Source of the DNA: Aliivibrio fischeri ES114
Lineage (GTDB): Bacteria > Pseudomonadota > Gammaproteobacteria > Enterobacterales > Vibrionaceae
Assembly: GCF_000011805.1 (NCBI RefSeq)
Contig: NC_006840.2
Length of the DNA stretch: 32,000 nt
Strand: one strand, 5' to 3'
In this document: positions 18,462-30,130 of the stretch, piece by piece
Numbering within the stretch: position 1 is the stretch's first letter
Layout: each line of letters begins with the position of its first letter
The notes under the pieces: model-generated
The model's database searches: none
Told to the model about the DNA's origin: nothing
Seen by the model: the letters and a program-made list of their open reading frames with translations, nothing else
Made by a program: the position numbers and the translations under genes

Positions 18462-19613
18462 TTATTCTGCTGTTTCTTTATTAATTAGGCGTAATACGGC
18501 ATTGGCGGCTTGTTTATCTGCATCTTTTCTAATCCATTGATGCATTTCTGTGAATTTTTCAATTAATTCACGATTATCATTATTTAATACTTTTTCCATT
18601 GCGGGATAAAGAAAATCTGGATGACACTCTTCTTGAATAAACTCTTGAACTAGCTCTTTTCCTGCCAATACATTAGGAAGCGAGACAAATTCAGTAATCG
18701 ACAGTTTTTGAGCTATCCATCCCGTAAGTTTATTCACTTGATAACCTACGACCATTGGACGCTTAACAAGCATACATTCTAAAGCAACCGTACCTGAAGC
18801 AAGTAACACGGCATCAGCTGCTGTCATCACATTTCGAGCTGTATCTTGAATAATAACAAAATCAAGCTCTGGTGCCGTTGCTTTCCAAATGGTTTCAAAT
18901 TGCTCACGGCGTTTTTCATTTACCGCTGCAACAACAAAGCCCATGTTGGGATGCTGCTTATGGATGCGCTGACAAGTTTCAATAAAGGGTTTGGCTATTA
19001 ATGCTACTTCACCACCACGACTTCCTGGCAATACAGCAAGCCATTCACGCTCTTGCTCTAAACCTAATAAATCACGAGCGGCAATTTTATCCGTTTCCAT
19101 TGGAATAGCATCAGCTAATGTATGACCAATAAACTCACAAGCGACATTGTATTTATCATAAAATGCTTTTTCAAAAGGCAGAAAGGCTAATACAAGATCC
19201 GTAGCAGCATCGATTTTAAAAATACGCTTTGGTCGCCATGCCCATACTGATGGACTAACGTAATGAACCGTTTTAATACCGTTATCTTTTAGTGTTTTTT
19301 CAAGACGAAGGTTAAAATCAGGAGCATCAATACCAATGAATACATCTGGTGGATTTTGAGTGAAGTAACGTACTAATTCCGCCTTTACCTTCAATAAACG
19401 AGGTAAGCGACCAAGTACTTCAACCAATCCCATTACGGCTAACTCTTCCATATCAAATAAAGAATCACAGCCCTGAGCTATCATCTTAGGTCCACCGATC
19501 CCAACGAACTCTGCATCTGGATATTGTGCTTTGATTGACTTAATAAAGCCTTCACCTAGAGTATCTCCAGATAATTCACCTGCAACAATTCCGATTCGTA
19601 ATGGTTTGGTCAT
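18462..19613 (-). CDS. lpxB: Lipid-A-disaccharide synthase
   Basis: 383 aa. The N-terminus [16 protein letters not shown] is typical of LpxB (GT19). GGAG lies 5 nt before the ATG. Position follows lpxA. Confidence 0.95.
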   Translation of the reverse strand: MTKPLRIGIVAGELSGDTLGEGFIKSIKAQYPDAEFVGIGGPKMIAQGCDSLFDMEELAVMGLVEVLGRLPRLLKVKAELVRYFTQNPPDVFIGIDAPDFNLRLEKTLKDNGIKTVHYVSPSVWAWRPKRIFKIDAATDLVLAFLPFEKAFYDKYNVACEFIGHTLADAIPMETDKIAARDLLGLEQEREWLAVLPGSRGGEVALIAKPFIETCQRIHKQHPNMGFVVAAVNEKRREQFETIWKATAPELDFVIIQDTARNVMTAADAVLLASGTVALECMLVKRPMVVGYQVNKLTGWIAQKLSITEFVSLPNVLAGKELVQEFIQEECHPDFLYPAMEKVLNNDNRELIEKFTEMHQWIRKDADKQAANAVLRLINKETAE

Positions 19614-19622
19614 ACTTACTCC

Positions 19623-19652
19623 AAATAAAAAAGGCCTACATGAATAGGCCTT
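19623..19652 (-). terminator. Intrinsic terminator/attenuator between lpxA and lpxB
   Basis: On the minus strand: AAGGCCTA, loop TTCATG, TAGGCCTT (19652-19631), followed by TTTTATTT running directly into the lpxB SD GGAG (19622-19619). Confidence 0.7.
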
Positions 19653-19681
19653 ATATACTTTAACTGTTTTTAATGCCGTTA

Positions 19682-20470
19682 TTAACGAATAATACCGCGC
19701 GTTGATTTCTCAAACAAATCTAAGAAGCCTTGAAGAACAGGAAACGCTTCAATTTCTTTGTTTATTTCAACTTTTGCTTCTTCTAACGTATTACCGTTAC
19801 GGTAAAGTGCTTTATAAGCGCGACGAATTGCATGAATTTCAGCTTTTTCAAAACCACGACGTTTTAAGCCTTCGATATTAATACCAAACGGTTTACAGTG
19901 GTTACCTTGTGCCATCACAAATGGAGGTACATCTTGAACAACAACGGAAGCACCACCGATAAAGCTATGAGCACCTACCGTACAGAACTGATGAACAGGT
20001 GACAATGCAGAAACAATAGCAAAGTCTTCAACCGTTACATGACCCGCTAGTGTCGCGTTATTCCCCATAATGATGTTGTCACCAACAACACAGTCATGAG
20101 CAATATGTACATTAACACAAAGTAAGTTATCGCTACCGACTGTAGTTACCCCGCGGTCTTGAACAGTACCACGGTGAATTTGAACACTTTCACGAATCAC
20201 ATTACGGTCACCGATAACAACTGTTGTTGCTTCACCACCATATTTCTTGTCTTGGCTTTCCTCACCGATAATTGCAAAAGCGAAAATACGGTTATCTTTA
20301 CCAATCGTTGTATCACCTTTGATGACAACATGTGACATCACTTCCGTACCTTCGCCAATCGTTACATTACCAGAAATGTAAGTAAATGGACCAACAGATA
20401 CATTAGCTTCAATCGTTACGTTACCTTCAATAACAGCTGATGGGTGAATCTTAGCAGTTTCATGAATCAT
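19682..20470 (-). CDS. lpxA: UDP-N-acetylglucosamine acyltransferase
   Basis: [16 protein letters not shown]... with hexapeptide repeats, ending ...STRGIIR. Colinear with E. coli LpxA (262 aa). I use the ATG at 20468-20470. The track's longer form would overlap fabZ. Confidence 0.95.
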   Translation of the reverse strand: MIHETAKIHPSAVIEGNVTIEANVSVGPFTYISGNVTIGEGTEVMSHVVIKGDTTIGKDNRIFAFAIIGEESQDKKYGGEATTVVIGDRNVIRESVQIHRGTVQDRGVTTVGSDNLLCVNVHIAHDCVVGDNIIMGNNATLAGHVTVEDFAIVSALSPVHQFCTVGAHSFIGGASVVVQDVPPFVMAQGNHCKPFGINIEGLKRRGFEKAEIHAIRRAYKALYRNGNTLEEAKVEINKEIEAFPVLQGFLDLFEKSTRGIIR

Positions 20471-20472
20471 AA

Positions 20473-20925
20473 TTAAAACTCTCGTCTTGCACACTTAAGC
20501 TCAGCAGAACATACAACTTCGCCATCTACTTTTGCTACACCGTTAAATAGTGCGATACCACGACGATCTTTAATAAATTCAACTTCAAGAACCAGTTGAT
20601 CACCAGGTACTACTGGTTTACGGAATTTTGCTTTATCGATACTTGCAAAGTAGTACAGTTCATTCTCAGCAGGAGCTCCGAATGATTTAAAAGCCAATAA
20701 ACCTGTTGCTTGAGCCATTGCTTCAAGAATTAATACACCAGGGAAAATAGGCATTTGTGGGAAGTGACCTGTAAATTGAGGTTCATTTACAGACACATTC
20801 TTGATCGCGTGTAAGTATTTCTCTTCTTCGAAATCAGTTACTCGGTCAACCAATAGAAATGGGTAACGATGAGGTAGCAATTCTTGGATTTCAGTAATAT
20901 TTAATGTTTTATTTTCACGAGTCAA
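20473..20925 (-). CDS. fabZ: 3-hydroxyacyl-ACP dehydratase FabZ
   Basis: ...[15 protein letters not shown]...[29 protein letters not shown]...CARREF. I place the start at TTG 20923-20925, with AGGA 8 nt upstream, giving 150 aa. This matches the length of the Vibrio and E. coli proteins as I remember them. Confidence 0.93.
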
Positions 20926-20947
20926 AATAGTATTCCTGTAAAACAAT

Positions 20948-20975
20948 ATCGTATCTGAGCAATAGTGTAGCTCAA
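20948..20975 (-). promoter_or_regulatory. Possible fabZ promoter
   Basis: On the minus strand: TTGAGC (20975-20970), a 16-nt spacer, then TACGAT (20953-20948). It lies between the lpxD terminator and the fabZ SD. The predicted leader is very short, so confidence is low. Confidence 0.3.
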
Positions 20976-20992
20976 ATAGAGTAATAATAGAT

Positions 20993-21018
20993 AGAAAAAG
21001 GTCTGCAAAATGCAGACC
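20993..21018 (-). terminator. Terminator-like hairpin after lpxD
   Basis: GGTCTGC(A) / (T)GCAGACC (21000-21018) forms a 7-8 bp stem. On the minus strand it is followed by TTTTTCTAT. Confidence 0.6.
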
Positions 21019-21052
21019 AATACTTATTTATTAGAATGTAGTGAAGTTAATA

Positions 21053-22072
21053 CTAATCGACTAACTTTTTCTCAACTGCTTTTAATCGCTTGTTCATTTC
21101 ATCAATCTTATGAACGCGAGCAGCTGTTTTACGCCATTCTTTATTGGTTTGCAGTGGAATGCCTGATGAGTACATACCTTTCTCATCAATCGCTCGCATT
21201 ACCATGCCCATACCTGTGATGGTTACCCCATCCGTAATTTCGATATGGCCATTAATTACAGAGCCACCGCCAATAATACAGTGCTTACCAATTTTAGTAC
21301 TGCCTGCAACTATAGTACCACCAGCCATTGCTGAACCAGATCCGATTTGTACGTTATGTGCAATTTGAATTTGGTTATCAATGATAACATTGCTTTCAAT
21401 AACCGTGTCATCAATAGCACCACGATCAATCGTCGTATTGGCACCAATCTCAACGTTATCGCCAATAATTACAGAGCCTAGCTGAGGGATCTTAACCCAA
21501 GTACCACGATCATTTGCATAGCCAAAGCCATCAGAACCAATAACTGTTCCAGATTGAACAAGGCAAGCTTCGCCAATTTCAACACGGTGATAAACAGACA
21601 CATTTGCCCATAGCTTAGTATTTTTACCGATTTTTGCTTCTTTACCGATAAAACAACCAGCACCAATCATTGCACCATCAGCAATAACCGCTTTTGATTC
21701 AATAACCGCATTATGACCAATAGCAACACCTTCACCGATAATCGCGTCATCTGCAATATAAGCAGAAGGTGCAATATCACTAGCAGGAGCTGGTGTCGTG
21801 TCTAATGCTTGTGCTGCTAGTGCAAAGCCTAAATATGGGTCTCGCATTATTAGAACGTTAGATTGACAGAATTCCACATCTGCTTCTTTAACAATAACAG
21901 CAGAAGCTTGGCACTCAACTAAATGTTTACGATACTTAGCATCCGAAAGGAAAGTAATGTCTCCTTCCTTTGCTTTGCTCATCGAAGCGATTGAGTGAAC
22001 CACAACAGTGCCATCACCATGGACTGTTGCATCTAATTTTTCTGCCAATTCAGCAAGCGTAATACGAGACAT
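21053..22072 (-). CDS. lpxD: UDP-3-O-acylglucosamine N-acyltransferase
   Basis: [21 protein letters not shown]... aligns with the E. coli LpxD N-terminus, followed by a long hexapeptide-repeat region. The ATG is at 22070-22072 (the track starts at a TTG two codons earlier). Confidence 0.95.
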   Translation of the reverse strand: MSRITLAELAEKLDATVHGDGTVVVHSIASMSKAKEGDITFLSDAKYRKHLVECQASAVIVKEADVEFCQSNVLIMRDPYLGFALAAQALDTTPAPASDIAPSAYIADDAIIGEGVAIGHNAVIESKAVIADGAMIGAGCFIGKEAKIGKNTKLWANVSVYHRVEIGEACLVQSGTVIGSDGFGYANDRGTWVKIPQLGSVIIGDNVEIGANTTIDRGAIDDTVIESNVIIDNQIQIAHNVQIGSGSAMAGGTIVAGSTKIGKHCIIGGGSVINGHIEITDGVTITGMGMVMRAIDEKGMYSSGIPLQTNKEWRKTAARVHKIDEMNKRLKAVEKKLVD

Positions 22073-22080
22073 ATTCAACC

Positions 22081-22596
22081 TTATTTAATTGCTTTAATAA
22101 CTTTTTCTGATAGGTTGTCTTCTGGTTTAGCCCAAAGCAATGTTGCAGCGTCAACAACCATATCGTAGCCTTCTTTATTTGCTACTTTCTCTACAGTTTG
22201 TTGTACTTGCATAATTAACTTTTGACGCTCTTCACCTTGACGACGACGGTTATCTTCATCTAAAGCTTGTGCTTTTAGTTTGTAATCAGACTGAAGTGAA
22301 GCGATTTCACGCTCAAGCTTCGTTTTACCTGATGCACCTAATAACTCACCATCGCGTTTGATAGTTTCAACTTTATCTTTAATTTTTGATTCTAAACCAC
22401 GTAACTCATCAATACGATCTTTAAATTCAGCACGAAGCTTTTCTGAAATCGCTTCACGTTGTGGCATTTGCTGAACAATTTGAGCCATGTTTACATAACC
22501 CACTTTGGTTGCGGCTTCTGCTGCATTAGCAAAAAAAGAACCACTTACCAGAACTGCGCCTAAAGCGGCTACTTTCACTAATTTTTTCAAAATCAT
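22081..22596 (-). CDS. skp: Periplasmic chaperone Skp (OmpH)
   Basis: 171 aa with a signal peptide followed by a Lys/Glu/Gln-rich helical body. It sits between bamA and lpxD. Start is ambiguous: the ATG at 22596 lies only 1 nt after TAAGGA, while an in-frame TTG at 22588-22590 has better spacing and gives MKKLVK... Confidence 0.88.
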   Translation of the reverse strand: MILKKLVKVAALGAVLVSGSFFANAAEAATKVGYVNMAQIVQQMPQREAISEKLRAEFKDRIDELRGLESKIKDKVETIKRDGELLGASGKTKLEREIASLQSDYKLKAQALDEDNRRRQGEERQKLIMQVQQTVEKVANKEGYDMVVDAATLLWAKPEDNLSEKVIKAIK

Positions 22597-22670
22597 ATCC
22601 TTACTTAACTATTATCGTATATAAACCAATACAGTTTACATTAACACTTTTCTATTAGAGCTATCAATGC

Positions 22671-25100
22671 TTAGAAAGTTCGACCAATGGTGAAACTGAA
22701 GAATTCTTCATCATCACCTTCATAAATTTTCACTGGTTTCGCAATTGAGAATACTAATGGTCCCATTGGTGACATCCACTGCACAGCGGCACCATATGAT
22801 GAACGGAAGTTTGATGGATCAGAGTAATCATAGTAGTACTGAGCGCCATCCATTCCCGGCTTAGGTTCTTTATAATCAAATTCAGTATCCCAAACACTTG
22901 CCATATCAAAGAAAACGCTGGTTCGAATTTGATTTCGAGTCTCTTCACTTGCAAACGGTGTTGGAACGATTAATTCAATACTTGCTAAGGCTGTTGCGTT
23001 ACCACCAACAGAGTCATCTGTTGCCGCATAAGAAGTGTTGTTACCTATACCACCATTTGATCCTTGCGCATACACTGCTTTTGGACCACCAGAGTTTGAA
23101 CCAAAACCACGTAGCGTAGTGAAGCCACCCGCATAGAAGTTTTCATAGAATGGATACAGGTTATCATTACCGTCGGTTTGACCATAACCATTACCGTAAC
23201 CAGCCTTACCACGCATTAATAAAGCAAACTCATGCTTCTTAGTTAATGGGAAGTACTGTCGAACTTCATATTGCGCTTTAAAGAACTGTGAATCAGAATT
23301 TGGCGTTGTGATTTTATACGATGCACGTTGGTAGTTACCCGCAGTTGGGAAATACCCTTTATTCAAGTTATTACGTGTCCACGATAAGGTGACATCAAAA
23401 TCACTAACGATTAAGGTTTGATCACCACTATCATATGCATCGCCTACAGATTGTAGATACTGTTCAATCTGTACATAACCTTCTAAGTTTGAAATTTTAT
23501 TGTGAGTGTAACCCACACCAATTTCAAAATAGTTCAATTCATCAAATGGGAAACCCCAAGTTAAACTACCACCATAACTTTGGTTGGTGTAGTCAACAAT
23601 ACCTGCGTCTGATGCTTCAAACTCATTATAGAAGATCTTACCACCGAGACTGACACCATCAAGGTTCCAGTATGGATCACGATAGTCTAAACTGATGTTC
23701 TTTTGATAATCGTTCATCATGGCATTGATACCAACACGATTACCTGAACCAATAAAGTTATCTTGTTGTAAGCCTACTTGGAAACTGATACCCGATTCCG
23801 TACCATAGCCAACACCAAAGTTAACACTACCGGAGTTCGCTTCTTTTACAGAATAAACCAGATCAACTTCATCATCAGAACCAGGAACACGAACGGTTTG
23901 CACATCAACAGTTTCAAAGAAGCCCAAACGATTGAGACGATTTTTACCTGTCTCAATTGACTTAGAGTTTAACCAAGCCCCTTCCATTTGACGCATTTCA
24001 CGACGTAATACTTCATCTTTTGTCGATGTATTACCAACAAATCGAATATCACGAACGTACATACGATTACCAGCTTCGACATTGATGATTAATGATACAG
24101 TTTGGTTTTCATCATCAAATTCAGGCATGGTACGAACTTGAGGATAAGCGTAACCCGCTTCACCTAAAATACGCTTTATGTTTTCTTCTAAACTCGTTAC
24201 CGCAGAGCCGTTGTAAACTTCACCATTTTCAAACGGTATCAGTTTTTTAAACTCTTCTTCTTTCCCAATTAATTCACCTTGGAATTTAACACCACTAACA
24301 GTGTAAGGTTCGCCTTCATCAATCGTTAAAGCGATATACACACCTTTTTTGTCAGGTGAAATAGACACTTGGGTTGAGTCAACTTGAAATTTTAAATAAC
24401 CGCGATCAAGATAATATGAACGTAATGCTTCGATATCACCAGCAAGTACTTGTTTTTGATACTTTTCATCAGCTAAGAAGTTCCACCAAGCAACATCAAC
24501 ATTTAAGTTAAAACGGCTTAATAGTTGCTCATCGGTAAAAACTTCATTTCCAATAAAGTTAATTTGTTGGATCTTTGCCGATACACCTTCGGTGAACACG
24601 AATTTAAGATCTGCACGATTACGAGGAAGTGGCGTTACAACTGCATGAACAGTCGCGTTGTATTTACCTACGCTGTAATAGAAGTCTTCTAGCCCTTTTT
24701 CAATATTACTTAAAGTTGTTCTATCTAACGCTTCACCAACTCGAATAGAAGAAGCTTCTAGATTTTGCTGCATCTGCTCTTCTTTGATCGCTTTATTACC
24801 AGAGAATGAGATATTTGCGATCGTTGGGCGTTCAGTTACCTTGATAAGTAATGCATTACCATCACGAAACACTTTTACGTCTTCAAAGTTGCCAGATGCG
24901 AAAAGAGCCTGAATAACCTGAGCTACATCTTGTTGGCTCATCGTATCACCAACACGAACTGGTGTTTTAAGTAGTGCAGCACCTAATGCAACACGCTGTA
25001 ATCCCTCAAAGCGTATGTCATCAATAACAAATGTTTCTGCACTGTGCGCTGCAACACTGCCAAACAGCAGTGAGGCAATCAACAATTTTTTCATCGCCAT
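22671..25100 (-). CDS. bamA: Outer-membrane protein assembly factor BamA
   Basis: 809 aa. The N-terminus [13 protein letters not shown] is the same as in E. coli BamA. POTRA repeats are followed by a beta-barrel ending in the aromatic signature ...FSFTIGRTF. Confidence 0.97.
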   Translation of the reverse strand: MAMKKLLIASLLFGSVAAHSAETFVIDDIRFEGLQRVALGAALLKTPVRVGDTMSQQDVAQVIQALFASGNFEDVKVFRDGNALLIKVTERPTIANISFSGNKAIKEEQMQQNLEASSIRVGEALDRTTLSNIEKGLEDFYYSVGKYNATVHAVVTPLPRNRADLKFVFTEGVSAKIQQINFIGNEVFTDEQLLSRFNLNVDVAWWNFLADEKYQKQVLAGDIEALRSYYLDRGYLKFQVDSTQVSISPDKKGVYIALTIDEGEPYTVSGVKFQGELIGKEEEFKKLIPFENGEVYNGSAVTSLEENIKRILGEAGYAYPQVRTMPEFDDENQTVSLIINVEAGNRMYVRDIRFVGNTSTKDEVLRREMRQMEGAWLNSKSIETGKNRLNRLGFFETVDVQTVRVPGSDDEVDLVYSVKEANSGSVNFGVGYGTESGISFQVGLQQDNFIGSGNRVGINAMMNDYQKNISLDYRDPYWNLDGVSLGGKIFYNEFEASDAGIVDYTNQSYGGSLTWGFPFDELNYFEIGVGYTHNKISNLEGYVQIEQYLQSVGDAYDSGDQTLIVSDFDVTLSWTRNNLNKGYFPTAGNYQRASYKITTPNSDSQFFKAQYEVRQYFPLTKKHEFALLMRGKAGYGNGYGQTDGNDNLYPFYENFYAGGFTTLRGFGSNSGGPKAVYAQGSNGGIGNNTSYAATDDSVGGNATALASIELIVPTPFASEETRNQIRTSVFFDMASVWDTEFDYKEPKPGMDGAQYYYDYSDPSNFRSSYGAAVQWMSPMGPLVFSIAKPVKIYEGDDEEFFSFTIGRTF

Positions 25101-25129
25101 AATACGTCTAATAATTCCCTTGCTACTAC

Positions 25130-26488
25130 TTAAAGGCGCATAAAGTCGTTAAATAAAGCTATCGCCATCAATGACATGATCATTGCTGTTCCTACTTTAT
25201 AACCAATTTCTTGAACTCGTTCCGATACTGGCTTACGCGTAATCCCTTCAATAGCAAAGAAGAGTAAATGCCCGCCATCCAATACAGGAAGAGGTAATAA
25301 GTTAATAATGCCTAAGTTAACACTGATTAACGCTAAAAATCCTAAAAATGAGACTAAACCATATTCAGCAGTCGTACCAGCTCCTTTTGCTATAGAGATG
25401 GGACCACTTAAGTTATTCAGTGCAACATCACCAGTAAAGAGTTTCTTTGTCATGGTGAGGGTCAAATCAATAATATCGCCTGTTTTTGCTAACGCTTTTT
25501 CAAACGCGACAATTGGGCCATACTGTTTTTCATAACGGTAGCCTTCTGGCCACTCTTGATATACAGGAGAAACCCCTGCAAATCCGATAACTTTGCCATC
25601 TGCAATTTCTTTGCTATCTGGTATTAATACCAAATCGACCGTTTGACCTTCACGAGAAATAACTAAATCAACAGCTTTGCTCGGATTACCTTGTATAACA
25701 TCAACCATTTCTTGCCATTTCGTTAATGCATTACCATTAACTGAAACTAAACGGTCGCCAACTAATAAACCTGATTTTTCAGCTGCACTGTTACTACTAA
25801 CATTTGCAACATCAAGAGTTAAAGCTGGGCGATAAGGAAGAAAGCCTAACGATAATAGTGGCGAATCTTTCTCTGGGTCAAAATTCCATTGGGATAAATC
25901 CAAACGCTTAGTTACTTCAACACCGATATTATTTTCATCACTATAAGTCACTGTCATAGAGTCATCACCAATGTGTGACACTATCGCCATGCTTACGGCT
26001 TCCCAATCGGATGTTTGGATTCCTGAAATGGCTTTTAGTTCAACGCCAGCTGTAATTCCTGCTTTAGAAAAAATGGAACCGTCTTCAACTTGACCAACAA
26101 CTGGTTTTAATGCGGTTACACCTATCATAAAAGCAAGCCAACACGCAAAAACGGCAAACAAAAAGTTAGCTATTGGGCCGGCAGCGACAATAGCACTGCG
26201 CTGCCATAATGGACGATTATTAAACGCTCTTTCTTTTTGCTCTTCTGGAACATCATCAACACGCTCATCTAACATTTTTACGTATCCACCAAGTGGGATC
26301 ATCGAAATGTTATATTCAGTACCGTCTTTGCCTTTTTTGCTCCAAAGAGATTTGCCAAAACCAATTGAAAATTTCTCAACAATAACACCACAACGGCGCG
26401 CTACCCAGAAGTGGCCAAATTCATGCACTGCAACAAGAATACCTAGTGCAATAATGAATGATGCTAAATTCCATAGAAGTTCTGACAT
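25130..26488 (-). CDS. rseP: Site-2 zinc metalloprotease RseP
   Basis: 452 aa with HEFGH near the N-terminus, central PDZ-like region and [12 protein letters not shown] near the C-terminus. It lies 2 nt after the dxr stop. Confidence 0.95.
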   Translation of the reverse strand: MSELLWNLASFIIALGILVAVHEFGHFWVARRCGVIVEKFSIGFGKSLWSKKGKDGTEYNISMIPLGGYVKMLDERVDDVPEEQKERAFNNRPLWQRSAIVAAGPIANFLFAVFACWLAFMIGVTALKPVVGQVEDGSIFSKAGITAGVELKAISGIQTSDWEAVSMAIVSHIGDDSMTVTYSDENNIGVEVTKRLDLSQWNFDPEKDSPLLSLGFLPYRPALTLDVANVSSNSAAEKSGLLVGDRLVSVNGNALTKWQEMVDVIQGNPSKAVDLVISREGQTVDLVLIPDSKEIADGKVIGFAGVSPVYQEWPEGYRYEKQYGPIVAFEKALAKTGDIIDLTLTMTKKLFTGDVALNNLSGPISIAKGAGTTAEYGLVSFLGFLALISVNLGIINLLPLPVLDGGHLLFFAIEGITRKPVSERVQEIGYKVGTAMIMSLMAIALFNDFMRL

Positions 26489-26490
26489 AA

Positions 26491-27693
26491 TTAAACCTTA
26501 TTAATTGCCTCATCGGCATAACGACGCGCCATTCTATCTAGGTCAATCAGGCTTTCCAAGCTATCTAGCTCAAGGTTTTGGAAGTTTGCACAGACTTTAT
26601 GCAAAACAGCCTCATTAATTCGAGCGATATCTGTAAATTTTATTTTATTGGCTAAAAAGGCAGCAACAGCTTGCTCGTTCGCAGCATTTAGCCCCGTAGT
26701 TGCATGTTGTCCTAAATAGCACGCATCAATGGCTAGTTTCAAACAAGGATAACGAGCAAAATCAGGAGCAATAAACGTAAACTCTCCAACTTTAGTAAAA
26801 TCTAAAGGTTCAACACCTGCATCAACTCTTTTTGGATAAGACATAGTACACGCAATAGGTGTTCTCATATCTGGCAGTCCCATTTGTGCCAACACAGAGC
26901 CGTCTTTATATTGAACCATTGAATGAATTACTGATTGCGGATGAATAACAACCTTTAATTGATCTTTACTCGCATTGAATAACCAACGAGCCTCAATATA
27001 CTCAAGGCCTTTGTTCATCATCGTCGCTGAATCGACAGAGATCTTTGGCCCCATAGACCAATTAGGGTGCGCAATTGCCATTTCAGGCGTTACAGCTTCA
27101 AGCTCTGATACATCGGTATAACGAAAAGGACCACCAGAACCAGTTAATAAAATAGAACTAACGCCGTGCTCTTCTAAATCGCAACGACCTAAATTGGTTT
27201 GAATTGATTGCGGTAAACACTGAAAGATAGCGTTATGTTCACTATCCACTGGCAGTAATTCAGCACCGTACTTTTCAACCGCATCAATAAATAGCTGCCC
27301 AGACATGACCAAAGCTTCTTTATTAGCAAGCAAAATACGTTTACCAGCTTTAACTGCCGACATGGTAGGTAGAAGCCCTGCAGCCCCTACAATTGCAGCC
27401 ATAACAGTATCAACTTCGTCAAGTTGCGCAATATGACATAAGCCATCTTCACCTGAGAATACTTCAGCATTAATCGCGTGAGCTGATAATAGTTCTTTTA
27501 ACTCATCAGCAGCAGGTTGAGTTGCCATTGCAACGTACTTTGGTTTCCATTCAAGGCATAGCTCCAACATTTTATCGACATTAGTACCTGCACCTAATGC
27601 TACAACTTCAAATTGATCGGAATTTTGTTTTGCGACTGATAGTGTGCTACTACCAATAGAGCCTGTCGCTCCTAAAATGGTTAACTTGCGCAT
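26491..27693 (-). CDS. dxr: 1-deoxy-D-xylulose-5-phosphate reductoisomerase
   Basis: [18 protein letters not shown]... (NADPH-binding GxTGSIG); 400 aa; colinear with E. coli Dxr. Confidence 0.96.
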   Translation of the reverse strand: MRKLTILGATGSIGSSTLSVAKQNSDQFEVVALGAGTNVDKMLELCLEWKPKYVAMATQPAADELKELLSAHAINAEVFSGEDGLCHIAQLDEVDTVMAAIVGAAGLLPTMSAVKAGKRILLANKEALVMSGQLFIDAVEKYGAELLPVDSEHNAIFQCLPQSIQTNLGRCDLEEHGVSSILLTGSGGPFRYTDVSELEAVTPEMAIAHPNWSMGPKISVDSATMMNKGLEYIEARWLFNASKDQLKVVIHPQSVIHSMVQYKDGSVLAQMGLPDMRTPIACTMSYPKRVDAGVEPLDFTKVGEFTFIAPDFARYPCLKLAIDACYLGQHATTGLNAANEQAVAAFLANKIKFTDIARINEAVLHKVCANFQNLELDSLESLIDLDRMARRYADEAINKV

Positions 27694-27721
27694 AATGAAA
27701 TGACCATGGTGGTTTAAAGAT

Positions 27722-27750
27722 AGAAAAACGGCAGATAATCCTATCTACCG
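27722..27750 (-). terminator. Intrinsic terminator/attenuator between cdsA and dxr
   Basis: On the minus strand: CGGTAGATA, loop GGAT, TATCTGCCG (9-bp stem, one G-U pair), followed by TTTTTCTATCTTT. It lies 35 nt upstream of the dxr ATG. Confidence 0.65.
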
Positions 27751-27799
27751 CATAACTTAAAAATGGATATGGTATTTGTCGTCAAATACCTAATATCAG

Positions 27800-28639
27800 C
27801 TAGAAGAAATATAAAAAAGCAAAAACAGGAAAAGCCGCAGTTAAACTATCAATGCGATCTAAAATACCGCCGTGACCTGGGATAATCGTACCGCTATCTT
27901 TAATTCCTGAAGCACGTTTAAACATACTTTCAACTAAATCACCGAGAACAGAGATGATAATTGTTGCGATAAAAATACCTAACATTGACGATGTGCTTTC
28001 AAATTGAATATTAAAGGCACTTGCAGCCCCCCAACCAATGATGATTGCGGTAATCACGCCCCCAATAAGGCCTTCGATCGTTTTATTCGGGCTCACCGCT
28101 GGTGACATTTTACGTTTACCAAATGACTTTCCAGCAAAATAAGCGCCACTATCCGCAGCCCATACTAATAAACAAACGAGTAATACAAGCTTAGCGCCAT
28201 AATAACTGTCTAGCATATAGTGATCAGCACGAAGTAATAAAATACTCCATAGGAAAGGAACCATGGTTAGCCAACCGAAAATATGCTTTAAAGGTAAGTT
28301 GCTATGCCATAATTTTTTGCTGTTTGGGAAAGTAAGCACTAACCCCGATGCAATTAACCACCATGTAAAACCAACTAATAATATTATTTGATGTTCATTA
28401 CTAGGTATTGTCAGTTCTAACGTTGATGTTGGAAGAAAAAACAGGGACGCTGCTAAGACAGCAACAGAAGGGATAATAGCTAAATAGCGAGATTTTGATT
28501 CTGTAAACTGAGTCCACTCCCAGAATCCAACCAATGTAATTGCTGTGATAGCAATTAAGAACCCTTGCATTGGCAACATGAAGATCCCTGCAATAACAAG
28601 GGGCGCCAAAATAAGAGCAGTAATAATACGCTGTTTCAA
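27800..28639 (-). CDS. cdsA: Phosphatidate cytidylyltransferase (CDP-diglyceride synthase)
   Basis: Polytopic membrane protein with the signature SMFKRASGIKDSGTIIPGHGGILDRIDS. The N-terminus aligns with E. coli CdsA only if the TTG at 28637-28639 is the start. The SD AAAGGA lies inside the end of uppS. Confidence 0.93.
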   Translation of the reverse strand: MKQRIITALILAPLVIAGIFMLPMQGFLIAITAITLVGFWEWTQFTESKSRYLAIIPSVAVLAASLFFLPTSTLELTIPSNEHQIILLVGFTWWLIASGLVLTFPNSKKLWHSNLPLKHIFGWLTMVPFLWSILLLRADHYMLDSYYGAKLVLLVCLLVWAADSGAYFAGKSFGKRKMSPAVSPNKTIEGLIGGVITAIIIGWGAASAFNIQFESTSSMLGIFIATIIISVLGDLVESMFKRASGIKDSGTIIPGHGGILDRIDSLTAAFPVFAFLYFF

Positions 28640-28642
28640 ACT

Positions 28643-29416
28643 TTATTGATCCTTTTCGTTCATTAGAGCTTGGATTTGTTCACCAGTACAACCAAATCGT
28701 CTTTCTCGACTAACAAACCAAGCAACAGCGTCAGCTAAGCTTTGTTCATTAAAATCAGGCCAATATTGGTCAGTGAAATAGAATTCAGCATAAGCCATTT
28801 GCCACAACATAAAGTTGCTAATACGACATTCACCGCTCGTTCTAATCATCAAATCCACTTCAGGCAAATCTGACATAGTCAGTTTAGATGCGATAAGATC
28901 CTCATCAATATCATCTGCCTGTAAATTGCCTCGTTCCACTTGATATGCGAGGCGACGTACTGCTTGTGTAATATCCCATTTGCCACCATAGTTTGCAGCA
29001 ACGTTTAGTACTAACCCTGTATTTTCAGAAGTTAATGTTTCCGCTTCAACAATTTTCTTCTGAAGGCGAGAACTAAACTGAGAGGTTTCACCAATTATAC
29101 GCAATTGAATATTATTTTTATGAAGACGTTTTACTTCACGAGAAAGTACCGTGATAAACAACTCCATTAGAACACTTACTTCTTCTTCAGGTCGACGCCA
29201 ATTCTCACTACTAAAAGCAAAAAGTGTTATGGCATTGATCCCAAGCTTACTGGCTGCTGAAATGGTTTTTCTTACCGCATCAACACCCGCTTTATGACCA
29301 AATACACGAGGTTTTCCCTGAGCCTTAGCCCAGCGTCCATTACCATCCATAATTACCGCAATATGTTTTGGTAATACATCTAATGATAAAAACTCGTTAT
29401 TAATTTGACTGGTCAT
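28643..29416 (-). CDS. uppS: Undecaprenyl-diphosphate synthase
   Basis: 257 aa with [24 protein letters not shown] and [20 protein letters not shown] lies 4 nt before the ATG. Confidence 0.96.
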   Translation of the reverse strand: MTSQINNEFLSLDVLPKHIAVIMDGNGRWAKAQGKPRVFGHKAGVDAVRKTISAASKLGINAITLFAFSSENWRRPEEEVSVLMELFITVLSREVKRLHKNNIQLRIIGETSQFSSRLQKKIVEAETLTSENTGLVLNVAANYGGKWDITQAVRRLAYQVERGNLQADDIDEDLIASKLTMSDLPEVDLMIRTSGECRISNFMLWQMAYAEFYFTDQYWPDFNEQSLADAVAWFVSRERRFGCTGEQIQALMNEKDQ

Positions 29417-29427
29417 ATAACTCCCTT

Positions 29428-29462
29428 AAAAATAAAAGCGCTGATGTCTCCACCCAGCGCTT
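29428..29462 (-). terminator. Intrinsic terminator/attenuator after frr
   Basis: On the minus strand: AAGCGCTG, 11-nt loop, CAGCGCTT (29462-29436), followed by TTATTTTT running into the uppS SD GGGAG (29425-29421). Confidence 0.65.
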
Positions 29463-29537
29463 CTTATGGTGTTCGTCGCCGACATCATATCATTAATTTA
29501 ATGAAAAGATCAGTGAGAACAATGAGCATGAAAGCAA

Positions 29538-30095
29538 TTATACTTCCATTAACTCTTTTTCTTTTACTGCAAGTACTTCATCAATACTCTTAACAGCAGC
29601 ATCTGTAAGCTTTTGAATCTCATCTTGTGCACGACGATCATCATCTTCAGAAATTTCTTTCTCTTTAAGAAGCGCTTTCACATCACCATTTGCATCACGA
29701 CGGATATTACGAATAGCAACACGGCCATTTTCAGCTTCACCACGAACAATCTTAACTAGGTCTTTACGACGCTCTTCAGTTAGTGGTGGAAGTGGTACAC
29801 GGATTACCGTACCAGCTGACATTGGGTTTAGCCCAAGATCTGACATCATGATTGCTTTTTCAACAAGACCAGCAAGTTCTTTATCGAAAACCGTAATTGC
29901 AAGCGTACGTGAATCTTCCGCAACAACGTTAGCAACTTGATTTAATGGTGTTTGAGCACCGTAGTATTCTACTGAGATACCAGAAAGAAGACTTGGGTGA
30001 GCACGACCTGTACGAATTTTTAACAGGTTATTTTTCAGTGCTTCAACACTTTTTTCCATACGCTCTTGCGCATCTTTTTTAATTTCGTTAATCAC
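29538..30095 (-). CDS. frr: Ribosome recycling factor
   Basis: 185 aa, colinear with E. coli Frr (...[24 protein letters not shown]...). GTG start at 30093-30095, preceded by AAGGTGA. Confidence 0.96.
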   Translation of the reverse strand: MINEIKKDAQERMEKSVEALKNNLLKIRTGRAHPSLLSGISVEYYGAQTPLNQVANVVAEDSRTLAITVFDKELAGLVEKAIMMSDLGLNPMSAGTVIRVPLPPLTEERRKDLVKIVRGEAENGRVAIRNIRRDANGDVKALLKEKEISEDDDRRAQDEIQKLTDAAVKSIDEVLAVKEKELMEV

Positions 30096-30130
30096 AAGAT
30101 CACCTTGATTATTTTTGATTCGTAGGAGAA

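Noticed and set aside
29405-29593. 62-aa plus-strand ORF bridging the uppS start, the frr terminator and the frr 3' end
   Set aside because: It overlaps two conserved genes antisense and contains the terminator. It has no SD, and the peptide has no recognisable features apart from a hydrophobic tail derived from antisense frr.
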